A stretch of DNA of 51,949 nt from Phycisphaerales bacterium (GTDB lineage Bacteria; Planctomycetota; Phycisphaerae; Phycisphaerales; UBA1924): contig DATGXW010000390.1 of NCBI GenBank assembly GCA_035298585.1, positions 1-51,949 on the forward strand, given 5' to 3'. This document shows, in pieces, positions 25,905 to 34,660 of this stretch; position 1 is the stretch's first letter; the number at the start of each line of letters is the position of its first letter. A program made the position numbers and the translations under genes. The notes beneath the pieces are model-generated. The model saw nothing but the letters and a program-made list of their open reading frames with translations. It did not search any database and was not told the origin of the DNA.

Positions 25905-28369
25905 CCCCCGAGCAGTTTGAGCGGCTGGAACTTCTCTTCGAGGCCGCGATCGGGCTTTCGGAGGATGAACGGCGCTCGCTTGTTGAGCGCGAAGCGGGCG
26001 ATGACCCCGAGCTTGCGGCCAAGCTCGAGGGCATGCTGGCAAGCGATTCTGCAAGTCTCATTGCGATCGACCGCCCGGCGATGGGGCATGCCTTCAGCGT
26101 TGACGAGCCCGACGCCTTTGAGAAGAGGTTGTGGTCGGAGTTCAGCGGCGGCCATCGCTTCCGGATCCTTGAGAAGATCGGCGAGGGCGGGTTCGGCGCT
26201 GTGTACCGTGCAGAGCAGGTGGAGCCCGTCAAGCGGATCCTGGCGCTCAAGGTCATCAAGGTCGGCATGGATACGCGGCGGTTTGTCGCAAGGTTTGAGT
26301 CTGAACGCCAGACGCTGGCGCTCATGGAGCATCCGGGGATCGCGCGCGTGTACGAGGCGGGGGCCACCGAGAGCGGTCGGCCCTACTTTGCGATGGAACT
26401 GGTGGACGGGCTGCCGATCACGCAGTATCTCGACGGGAAGCGGGCTTCCATCAGGGAGAGGCTGGAGCTGTTCATCAGGGTGTGCAACGCGGTGCAGCAT
26501 GCACACCAGAAGGGGATCATCCACCGGGACCTCAAGCCGCGCAACGTGCTGGTGACCGAGCACGACGGCGTGGCGACCCCCAAGGTCATTGATTTCGGGA
26601 TCGCGCGAGCCGTGGGTGCCGACGGCGGGATGACGCAGATGAGCGACGCGGGGCAACCCGTGGGCACGCCGGCGTACATGAGCCCCGAGCAGGCGGCGGG
26701 TGATCCCGACATCGACACGCGGACGGACGTTTATTCGCTCGGCGTGCTGCTGTACGAGATACTGACGGGCGAACCGACGCTACCACGGACGGTGATCGAG
26801 CGGTCCACGCCCGCGCAGATCATCCGCTTGGTGCGGGAAAAATCGGCCCCGCGCCCCTCGCAGCGAGCCGGGGAGTGTGCGTCGGATCCATCGAGCGCCC
26901 AGATCGCTAGCCTGCGGCGTGAGGATTCGCGGACCTTGGCCCGCAGGCTCCGGGGTGATCTTGACTGGATCCTGATGTGTGCACTCGAGCACGACCGGGC
27001 CCGAAGGTATGAGTCGGTCGGCCTGCTTGCGGAGGATATCGCAAGGCACCTGAACAACGAGCCGATCCGTGCACACCCGCCGACGGCCATGTACCGGCTC
27101 ACAAAGTTCGCACACCGCAACCGGCTGGGGATCGCGGTCGCGGCGCTCGTGGTCGCGGCGCTGATCGTGACGAGCGTGGGTTTGTTCCGCTCGGTGCGTT
27201 CAGAGCGCCGTGCCCGGACGGAGGCACAGATCGCAAGCGCGGTCAACACGTTCCTGAACGACGACCTGCTGGCGGCGGCCGCTCCGGAAGAGATGGGCAG
27301 CGACGTGGCGATGCGGGAGGTCGTGGAAACAGCCTCGCGGAGGATCGAGGGTCGCTTTGCGGACCAGCCCGAGATCGAGGCGGCGATCCGGCTCACGCTC
27401 GGCAGGACGCAATCCCGGCTGGCGCAGTTTGCCGACGCCACGAAGCACCTGACGAGGGCTTACGAACTGCGTCGGGGGCTCTTTGGCGAAGGCGACGCCA
27501 GGACGCTCGAGGCCGTGCAGGAGCTTGGGCAGCTTGCATACCTCACGGAGGACTACGAGCGTGCGCGGGAGCTCTTTGGCAAAGCGGCCCAAGGACGACG
27601 CGGGCTGATGGGACCCGACCATCCCGACACGCTTCTTTCTTCTTACTGGTTCGCGGTGACATACGGGGAAGTGGGCCGGTTCGCCGAGTGCGAGCCGATG
27701 ATGACCGATGTGTACGAGCGCGCTCGCAGGGCCGAGGGCGACACCGCGGCACAGACGCTCTATTACGCACGGGGTCTTGCACTCTTGTACCTGTCGTGGC
27801 AAAGGCCCGAACAGGCCTTGCCGCTCTTTGAGAAGACGCATGAACAGGCGCGGGCGACGCTGGGGCTTCGGAACCACCTGACGCTGCTGGTGATGACCGA
27901 CCTGAGCCGGCTGCTTTCCGACCTGGGGGAACTGGACCGCGCACGATCACTGCTTTCCGATGCACTGGAGGCGAGCAAGACACTGCGCGGTCCGCACCAC
28001 CCGGCCACGCTGATGATCATGGGTAACCTCTCCTGGGTGCTCCAGAAGTCGGGCCAATCAGACCGTGCACTTGCAATGGTGGAGCAGGCGATCGAGATCG
28101 CGCGACGGGATCTGCCCGCGGGCCACTCGACAACGATGCACCTGGCCTTGTCGATGGGGGACATTCTCGACGCCAAGGGAGAGTTTGGCCGTGCCGGGCC
28201 GCTGTTTGAAGAGGCGGTTCGATCGCTCACGGCGCGTCTTGGCGAATCTCACCCGATGGCGATGCTGGCGAAGCGTTCGCTGCAGGAGCACTTGGATCGT
28301 GTCGCCGCCGCACGCGGTCAGGGCGCTGGCCCGAACACCGCGCCGGACGCCGGGCATGTGCAGAAGTAA
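25901..28369 (+). CDS. Ser/Thr protein kinase with one TM helix and C-terminal TPR repeats
   Basis: ATG 25901 overlaps the sigma stop as ATGA. Kinase motifs are IGEGGFGAVYRAEQ, LALKVIK, HRDLKPRNVLV, DFGIA and GTPAYMSPEQ. The TM helix is IAVAALVVAALIVTSVGLF, followed by TPR_12-like repeats. Confidence 0.9.
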   Translation: MTPEQFERLELLFEAAIGLSEDERRSLVEREAGDDPELAAKLEGMLASDSASLIAIDRPAMGHAFSVDEPDAFEKRLWSEFSGGHRFRILEKIGEGGFGAVYRAEQVEPVKRILALKVIKVGMDTRRFVARFESERQTLALMEHPGIARVYEAGATESGRPYFAMELVDGLPITQYLDGKRASIRERLELFIRVCNAVQHAHQKGIIHRDLKPRNVLVTEHDGVATPKVIDFGIARAVGADGGMTQMSDAGQPVGTPAYMSPEQAAGDPDIDTRTDVYSLGVLLYEILTGEPTLPRTVIERSTPAQIIRLVREKSAPRPSQRAGECASDPSSAQIASLRREDSRTLARRLRGDLDWILMCALEHDRARRYESVGLLAEDIARHLNNEPIRAHPPTAMYRLTKFAHRNRLGIAVAALVVAALIVTSVGLFRSVRSERRARTEAQIASAVNTFLNDDLLAAAAPEEMGSDVAMREVVETASRRIEGRFADQPEIEAAIRLTLGRTQSRLAQFADATKHLTRAYELRRGLFGEGDARTLEAVQELGQLAYLTEDYERARELFGKAAQGRRGLMGPDHPDTLLSSYWFAVTYGEVGRFAECEPMMTDVYERARRAEGDTAAQTLYYARGLALLYLSWQRPEQALPLFEKTHEQARATLGLRNHLTLLVMTDLSRLLSDLGELDRARSLLSDALEASKTLRGPHHPATLMIMGNLSWVLQKSGQSDRALAMVEQAIEIARRDLPAGHSTTMHLALSMGDILDAKGEFGRAGPLFEEAVRSLTARLGESHPMAMLAKRSLQEHLDRVAAARGQGAGPNTAPDAGHVQK

Positions 28370-28392
28370 TGAGATCGTCGATGAAACGCATG

Positions 28393-28415
28393 CAGCCCCG
28401 CGGCTGGCGGGGCTG
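28393..28415. terminator. hairpin between the convergent kinase and HAF-repeat genes
   Basis: CAGCCCCGC-GGCTG-GCGGGGCTG forms a 9-bp perfect stem with no U-tract. Confidence 0.3.
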
Positions 28416-28495
28416 GATGGGCTGTCATGCTGATCCGAGCTGTACATCGGTGTGCATTCCGCACATGCACCGGGAGAGTGGCCCGTGCTCTGATA

Positions 28496-29623
28496 TCACC
28501 GGCGGCGGCGTGCAGCGGCCAGCCCGCCCAGGATCATGAGGGCCGCGGAGCCGGGGGTGGGAATGGTGAGGAGCGCTGAGGAGTAGTCGCCGGCAGCGTT
28601 GTGTCCCACCAGCAGGATCGTGTTGCCGTCGGCGGAGATTCCCAGTGCGGCCTCCGGGGTCCAGTCGGCTGTGCCGGGGAGGCCCGCGATCAGGTCGTCG
28701 AGGAAGATGAGCTGGCCGGCGAGATCCCACATCGCGGCCTTGACTTCAGAGCTTGCTGTCTCCACGAGCCCGACGACGGCGCCGGTGTCGCTCACGTCAA
28801 AGACGATCTTGTAGGGCATCGAACCGTCCGGCGTGGCGAGTGCACGCATGCCGCCGACTTCATCCCAGATGAATGCGCCCATGCCGTCGGCATGGTCCGC
28901 GCTGCCGATGATGTACTGCCCGCCGGGGCTGATGCCCGTGGTGCGGGTGCCCTGGAAGCCCATCGGGATTCCGATGCCGACCATGCCGCCCGAGTCGGTC
29001 CAGCGGAAGGCCTCGAAGTCATCGTTGCTGTTGAACCCGTACCCCGCGATGACCGATCCATCGCCGCTCACGGCGTTGGCGTGGCTGCGCTGGTAACCGC
29101 CGCCGGGGAGTGTGCCCATCCCGGTCATGCCCGTCGATTGCGTCCAGCGGAAGGCCTCATTGCTGACCCAGCTTGTGCCCGTGCCGACGATGACAGAGCC
29201 ATCATCGCTCACGCCCGCGGCCTCGCTGTAGAAGAAGTTGCCGTCAAGGTCACCCATGGGGAGGGTGCCGCCCCCGACCGACCACTGAAAGGACTCCGTG
29301 TCGCCGCTTGAGTTTGTCGAGCCGCCGACGACAACGCCGTTGTTGCTCACGCCCGAGGGACTGATGTACCCGCCGCTGGCGAGGCTGGGCACGTCCTGGA
29401 ACCCGCCCGCCTGGCTCCACATGTAGGCCCCTTCGGGCCCGCCGCCGGAGGGACCCCACATGCCGACAACCTTCGTGCCGTCGGAACTGAGCGCTGATCC
29501 ATAGTTCTGCGCGCTGGGGGCGCCGGGCCCGCCCGTGATGAATGTGAGTGATGAGCTTGCCTGTGCTGTCACGGCAAGGCCTGCGCAGGCGATAACAGCG
29601 GCGATGGAACGCGACGTATTCAT
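28496..29623 (-). CDS. secreted HAF-family repeat protein with a PEP-CTERM-like C-terminal sorting tail
   Basis: The internal ATG 29623 gives the signal peptide MNTSRSIAAVIACAGLAVTAQA. About six repeats of the form G(V/I)S.DG..(V/I)VG......(A/S)F.W are present. The C-terminus is IPTPGSAALMILGGLAAARRRR*. Confidence 0.8.
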   Translation of the reverse strand: MNTSRSIAAVIACAGLAVTAQASSSLTFITGGPGAPSAQNYGSALSSDGTKVVGMWGPSGGGPEGAYMWSQAGGFQDVPSLASGGYISPSGVSNNGVVVGGSTNSSGDTESFQWSVGGGTLPMGDLDGNFFYSEAAGVSDDGSVIVGTGTSWVSNEAFRWTQSTGMTGMGTLPGGGYQRSHANAVSGDGSVIAGYGFNSNDDFEAFRWTDSGGMVGIGIPMGFQGTRTTGISPGGQYIIGSADHADGMGAFIWDEVGGMRALATPDGSMPYKIVFDVSDTGAVVGLVETASSEVKAAMWDLAGQLIFLDDLIAGLPGTADWTPEAALGISADGNTILLVGHNAAGDYSSALLTIPTPGSAALMILGGLAAARRRR

Positions 29624-30082
29624 TCTGTCCTTCTCCTCACTGGGTGATCGCTCCCGTCTTTCAGGAGCGGATCGGCCCATCCTTTTACCGGGCTGGTTCT
29701 CAAGCGATCCTGTCCTATTTCAGGAACGCTCGGGAGGACACGCGGCGTGCCCACGCCGGACTGAGCGTAAAAGGCGCGGTCCGCGCTCCATCGACCGCTG
29801 CAAAATTGTGAGTGCCGCCTGGATGAAGCACCGCGATCTGAACTCAGTGCGTGGTGGCGGAGGACACACTCATCGAGCGATTGCACTCCCACACGTCGCC
29901 TGAGAGGGGACGCGGTATGGAGCGATTGGGGAGGAATTCAGTCCCGAAAGAATGCGCCACCGTACGCAGGGCATCAGCGGGGCTGCATGGTTGCAACCGA
30001 TTGTGTGCACATGCTGCTTTAGGTGGTTTGCGCTCGCTGAACCCCTGGGAACACGGCCGTTCCAGCAGGGGGTTGATCAAAG

Positions 30083-30170
30083 CGGAGAGGGGGAGATTCG
30101 AACTCCCGAAACGGCAAAGCCGTTTACTGGTTTTCGAAACCAGCCCGTTCAACCGCTCTGGCACCTCTCC
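30083..30170 (-). tRNA. tRNA-Ser (anticodon CGA)
   Basis: The minus strand reads GGAGAGG-TG-...-CTGGT-TTCGAAA-ACCAG-(long variable arm AAACGGC-TTT-GCCGTTT)-GGGAG-TTCGAAT-CTCCC-CCTCTCC-G. The acceptor stem is 7 bp, a TPsiC loop is present, and the type II variable arm fits Ser. CCA is not encoded. One D-stem pair looks mismatched. Confidence 0.9.
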
Positions 30171-30357
30171 GTACGCGGTCAGCAGGAAGGTGATAGTTGC
30201 CGCCAAGGCGCGGTTGGTCAATTCCCGAGGCTCTAGATCCGTCTCGGGCCGGCCCAAACTGCCGATCCGTCTTCGGACGCGGTGGTTATTCGGACACTGT
30301 ACGGATCGATTCGCTTCGGGCCGGGCGGGCCACCCTCCTTGGGATACCTTCCACGCC

Positions 30358-31593
30358 GTGAAGGTCGATGTTCACCATCCATCTCTGGTTACCGGGGGAA
30401 CCCGTGTCCTGCTGTGGACGGACACCTTGGCCGACGTGAACGGGCCGAGCAGGTTCATTCAGAACATGGCGGATTGTGCGCGCGCCTCGGGGCGAGATCT
30501 GACGGTGTTCACGTCCACGCGTAAACCCCACGCTTCGCGGCCCAACGTGGTGAACTTTGCGCCCGTGGCGGCGATGGCGATGCCCGGATATCCGGTGCTG
30601 GATGTCGTGCTGCCGCCCATTACGGCGATGGTCCGGGCCGCGAGGCGGGCGGAGCCGGACGTGATGCACATCTCGACGCCGGGGCCTGTCGGGTTCGTCG
30701 GCGTGATGGCCGCGAAGATCATGGGCATTCCGCTCGCGGGCGTATATCACACGGATTTTCCCTCCTATGTGCAGCGCCTGTTTGAAGATGGCGTGCTGAC
30801 GCGGATTGCGCGAGCGTCCATGCACATGTTTTATGGAGGCTTTGCGAAGCTCTTTGTCCGCAGCGATGAGTATGCCCGGCACGTGCGTGAGCTTGCGCTG
30901 GCCCATTGCGATGTCGAGCGGTTGCGGCCGGGCGTCGATCTGAGTTCCTTTGGAACACGGTTTCGCGATCCATCCGTCTGGCAGGAGGGCGTTCACGCCC
31001 GGCCGGGCGGCGAGGCGCCGGTGCGTGTCTTGTACTGCGGTCGCGTGAGCGTTGAAAAGAACCTGGATTTGCTGGCGCGAATCTGGCCGCGGGTTGTGAA
31101 GCGTGTGCACACGGCGGGACGGGAGGTTGAACTGGTCGTGGTGGGGGATGGGCCATTGCGGGAGGACCTGGAAGGTGCGTGCCGTGGTACTTCGGTCCGT
31201 TTCCTTGGCTTTCGGTTTGCGGAAGAACTTTCCCGGCTGTACGCGTCGAGCGATCTCTTCGTATTTCCTTCGGTAACGGACACGCTGGGACAGGTGGTGC
31301 TGGAAGCCCAGGCTTCGGGTCTGGCGGCGATCGTGTCGGATGTCGGTGGGCCCAAGGAAGTCGTGAGACACGGTGTGACCGGCCTGGTGACGCCGCATGG
31401 TTCAGACGAGGCATGGATCGGGGCGATCACGGAGCTGGTGTTGGACGACCAGCGCCGGGCCCTGATGGGCCGTGCCGCCGCGGCCGCGATGGAGGCGTGT
31501 TCGATCCAAGACTCCTTCGAGCACTTCTGGGGTGTTCATGAGACCCTGGCGCACCGGCACAAAGGAGCTGTCAATTGGCCTTGCAGGGGATGA
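30358..31593 (+). CDS. glycosyltransferase, GT4 family (GT-B fold)
   Basis: GTG 30358 is the first possible start downstream of the tRNA. The N-terminus is VLLWTDTLADVNGPSRFI, and the C-terminal motif is FVFPSVTDTLGQVVLEAQASGLAAIVSDVGGPKEVV. Confidence 0.85.
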   Translation: MKVDVHHPSLVTGGTRVLLWTDTLADVNGPSRFIQNMADCARASGRDLTVFTSTRKPHASRPNVVNFAPVAAMAMPGYPVLDVVLPPITAMVRAARRAEPDVMHISTPGPVGFVGVMAAKIMGIPLAGVYHTDFPSYVQRLFEDGVLTRIARASMHMFYGGFAKLFVRSDEYARHVRELALAHCDVERLRPGVDLSSFGTRFRDPSVWQEGVHARPGGEAPVRVLYCGRVSVEKNLDLLARIWPRVVKRVHTAGREVELVVVGDGPLREDLEGACRGTSVRFLGFRFAEELSRLYASSDLFVFPSVTDTLGQVVLEAQASGLAAIVSDVGGPKEVVRHGVTGLVTPHGSDEAWIGAITELVLDDQRRALMGRAAAAAMEACSIQDSFEHFWGVHETLAHRHKGAVNWPCRG

Positions 31594-31667
31594 GGGTGTC
31601 GTATGTTCCTCGCGTGAAAGCTGCGACCCATCACGCCCCGGTTGTGCACGTGGAATTGCCGACGAAC

Positions 31668-32114
31668 ATGGCCCAGGTTGAACTCCGGTTCAAGCGGCTG
31701 CACACGGCGGCCAAGGTGCCCGCGTACCAGACTTCGCAGGCCGCTGGGATGGACCTTTCGGCGTGCGTGCCGGATGGTCCGGTGGTGGTGTTGCCCGGCG
31801 AGATCAAGGGAATCCCGTGCGGATTTGCGATGGCGATCCCCGTTGGCTTTGAAGCGCAGATCAGACCCCGGTCGGGTCTTGCGATCAAGCACGGGATCTC
31901 GATGCCCAACACGCCCGGCACGATCGACAGCGATTACCGTGGTCAGGTGATCGTGCCGATCATCAACCACGGGCGTGAACCATTCACGGTGACGGACGGG
32001 ATGCGGATTGCACAGATGGTGATCGCGCCGGTGATCCGTGCACAGGTGGTCGAGGTGGATGAGCTTGATGAAACGGCGCGAGGGTCGGGCGGCTTTGGCT
32101 CGACGGGTCGTTGA
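31668..32114 (+). CDS. dut: dUTP diphosphatase
   Basis: Motifs are AAGMDL, RPRSGLAIKHGI, GTIDSDYRGQV and RGSGGFGSTG. Confidence 0.95.
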   Translation: MAQVELRFKRLHTAAKVPAYQTSQAAGMDLSACVPDGPVVVLPGEIKGIPCGFAMAIPVGFEAQIRPRSGLAIKHGISMPNTPGTIDSDYRGQVIVPIINHGREPFTVTDGMRIAQMVIAPVIRAQVVEVDELDETARGSGGFGSTGR

Positions 32115-32162
32115 GCTAATGGAAGCGCCGCGCGGCGGTGTGCATGGCGGCACGCTCGGGAG

Positions 32163-33203
32163 TCAGCGGCTTTTCAATTGCTTGCGGACCTCGTCGAGGT
32201 ACCACTCCCACCGCATGGCGGGGCCGGGATCCTGCTTGTTTTCCTGGACGTGGCAATGGCCAAGAATGCCCTGAAAATCAAGCCATTCCTGGGGTGAAAG
32301 CACGGACGTCCGAACCTCGCCGGATGCGTCACGGGGGACCTCGGGTTGGATCTGGGGAAAGATCGTGCACAGCGCCGCGGTGAGGCGGATAAGCGAGCGG
32401 TACTGCTCGGGCGTGAAATCGTACATCTGGAGCCGCGAGCCGTTGATGGTTCCCTGGATGGGCTCATCGACGGCGGGCCTGCCGACAAAGTCCGGTGTTC
32501 GGACGCCGCCGTCTCCAAGCCGCGAGGGGAGCGTGATGCGGGTCCTCCCCGAGTCGTCCTTGGCGTACCACTCTTTCAGTGGCGATGCGGGGTTCGAGGG
32601 GGCGTAAGCGCCGATGTTGGCGATCTCGATCCCGATGGAGCGGTCGTTGCTGATCGTGGCGTGCCAGGCGCGTTCCTTGAGGTCGAGGGTCTGGTAGATC
32701 GTGCCATCCAGGTCGAGCATGAAGTGGACGGAGAGTCCGCGGAAATCGTGCAGCACGCGGAAGCACGTCCTGCTGGTGCCGGCGACGTCATAGTGCAGCA
32801 CGAACTGGTCGACGTGCTTCTGGAGGAGCGGAAGATCCCATCCGCCGCCGCGGATCTGCTCGAGTTCGCCTTCCGTGTAGACCTCCCGCGCAGTCTTCTG
32901 GAACCGGAGGTTGTAGCGGGTTGGCTCCGTCACGCCCGCGGCGTGCGTCTTCTCCCAGCCCGATTCCTCCCACGGAACGTATCTTCGCTCGATCCGGTAT
33001 GCGTCGTACCCGCCAGGGTCGGTGAAGAGAACGACGGGGACACCGATGTCGTAGAGCTGTCCGCAGACCATGATCTCCGTGCCGTGCCGATCTATCCGGC
33101 GGGCGGGCGTGGCGCCGCAACCGCAAAGAGACGTGATCATGAGGATCGCCAGGAACCAGACTGGAGATGAGAAGATGCGGCGGGCTGCCGACTCGGTGTG
33201 CAT
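32163..33203 (-). CDS. N-acetylmuramoyl-L-alanine amidase (Amidase_2/PGRP fold) lipoprotein
   Basis: ATG 33203 gives the signal and lipobox WFLAILMITSLCGC. The catalytic region reads VLHYDVAGTSRTCFRVLH...SVHFMLDLDGTIYQTLDLKERAWHA...IGIEIAN. Confidence 0.82.
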   Translation of the reverse strand: MHTESAARRIFSSPVWFLAILMITSLCGCGATPARRIDRHGTEIMVCGQLYDIGVPVVLFTDPGGYDAYRIERRYVPWEESGWEKTHAAGVTEPTRYNLRFQKTAREVYTEGELEQIRGGGWDLPLLQKHVDQFVLHYDVAGTSRTCFRVLHDFRGLSVHFMLDLDGTIYQTLDLKERAWHATISNDRSIGIEIANIGAYAPSNPASPLKEWYAKDDSGRTRITLPSRLGDGGVRTPDFVGRPAVDEPIQGTINGSRLQMYDFTPEQYRSLIRLTAALCTIFPQIQPEVPRDASGEVRTSVLSPQEWLDFQGILGHCHVQENKQDPGPAMRWEWYLDEVRKQLKSR

Positions 33204-33298
33204 GCGGCCAGCGTATGCGATCGCCAGACCGATCGGGTATGCTCCCGGCTCGGGGCGCATATCGGGCGGCCCCTCTCGGGGTTATGTGGGAGATAGTT

Positions 33299-34651
33299 AT
33301 GTTCAATCTGTTGAAGAAGCCGGTGCTGCTGGCGGGGTCTGTGCACTTCCGGGGGAACTTGCCGCCAAGAGCGGAAGAGTTTGAGTACATGCGAGGCCAT
33401 GGGTGCGATATCCAGCGTGCCCAGGTCCGGGAGAATGCACATTGGGAGTTGAAGCTCAAGCACCCGCGGTGGGGTGACGCCACGCTCACGGCCATGAAGC
33501 AGATGCCGCTGCCGACCAGGTTGCTGGAGTGGTCCGTCTCGTTGACGGAGAAGGAGAAGGAAGAGGCGGCGGCGGCGGGAACAGGTGTTTCGATAGGCAT
33601 CGAGAGCTCCCGCAAGGATGCGCTGCGCGACCGCAAGCACCTTTTTCACTATCTCAGCGCGATCATCGGAGATGACGGCGTGGTCGCCAGCGATCATGTC
33701 TCCACGCGGTTCTGGTCGCGGGGCGCGCTGCGGGATGAGGTCATGCACGACGCCGACGCGGACATCTCTCAGCTCTACGAGCTGCACGCAGTGAGCCAGG
33801 ACCGACCGTCGGAGAAGCGTGGGGAAGGTGAAGAGGAGGAAGAGCCGCCGGTCGCTTGGCTGCATACCCACGGGCTTGCGGAGATCGGGGCCTTTGACTT
33901 TGATATCCTCGCGCCGGAGATGTCGCTGGTGCCGCACGGCGTACCACGCGCACTGGCCTTCGCTGCGGCGGAGGGTGACCTGTCACCGAACACGGCGCGG
34001 TACCAGATCATGCGGGGCTTGCCAGACATCCGTTGCGTGCCGGCGGATGAGTTCATGCGCACGGCGGGAGAGCCGTGGACGTCGATGCGTCAGCACGACG
34101 AGTACCACTCGAAAGATCGCGCAGTGCTCTGCGACACGACAACCTTCTTCTCGAGGCTTCTTCGGAAGGGCGCAAGACCGTCGACCGCGATGCGCACCCC
34201 AGCGCAGGACGGGATGCTGGTGTCGTACTCGAGCCTTGCAACGCAGGTGATGTCGGCTCGGGCGGCGGCGTCGCTGCCCGTGTTTCGCGCCCTGCGTGAG
34301 GAGCTTGCGAAGTTCAATCTTCCATCGCTCGTCAAGCTCGGGTACAAGGTCGACCATGCTTCGGCCGATTCTGATCGGGAGCACCTGTGGTTTGAGGTGC
34401 ACGATGTCACCGACGCGGGGATCGACGCGACGCTGCTGAACGCGCCGTATGACGTCGCGCGGCTCAAGCAGGGTGACCGCGGCATCCACCCCGCGGAGTT
34501 GCTCACCGAGTGGGCGATCATGACGCCGTTCGGCCAGGTCAATCCGCACGACACCAAGCTTGCGCGCAGGATCCGCGAGAACCCGGAGGGATTCGCGGAG
34601 ATGCTCCAGTTGGCCGCCATGTTCGAGCGTGCCGGCGGGGAAGGGGGTTGA
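33299..34651 (+). CDS. hypothetical protein with a DUF2314-like C-terminal domain (N-terminal part possibly DUF4026-like)
   Basis: ATG 33299 starts MFNLLKKPVLL.... The C-terminal segment EHLWFEVHDVTDAGIDATLLNAPYDVARLKQGDRGIHPAELLTEWAI fits my recollection of the DUF2314 pattern. Confidence 0.55.
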   Translation: MFNLLKKPVLLAGSVHFRGNLPPRAEEFEYMRGHGCDIQRAQVRENAHWELKLKHPRWGDATLTAMKQMPLPTRLLEWSVSLTEKEKEEAAAAGTGVSIGIESSRKDALRDRKHLFHYLSAIIGDDGVVASDHVSTRFWSRGALRDEVMHDADADISQLYELHAVSQDRPSEKRGEGEEEEEPPVAWLHTHGLAEIGAFDFDILAPEMSLVPHGVPRALAFAAAEGDLSPNTARYQIMRGLPDIRCVPADEFMRTAGEPWTSMRQHDEYHSKDRAVLCDTTTFFSRLLRKGARPSTAMRTPAQDGMLVSYSSLATQVMSARAAASLPVFRALREELAKFNLPSLVKLGYKVDHASADSDREHLWFEVHDVTDAGIDATLLNAPYDVARLKQGDRGIHPAELLTEWAIMTPFGQVNPHDTKLARRIRENPEGFAEMLQLAAMFERAGGEGG

Positions 34652-34660
34652 GGTTTCACG

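Noticed and set aside
29851-30357. The N-terminal 169 codons of the 580-aa track ORF upstream of the GT4 domain, and the opposite-strand ORF 29844..30257.
   Set aside because: Both run straight through the tRNA-Ser gene (30083-30170) and have poor coding character. The glycosyltransferase homology only begins near GTG 30358.
29624-30357. tRNA-Ser as an integration hotspot or genomic-island border.
   Set aside because: No integrase, no direct repeat of the tRNA 3' end and no compositional shift are visible. The flanking genes (HAF-repeat protein, GT4, dut) look chromosomal.
32115-32162. The palindrome CGCCGCGCGGCG between the convergent dut and amidase genes as a terminator.
   Set aside because: It has no loop and no U-tract, and GC-only palindromes of this size are expected by chance in this composition.
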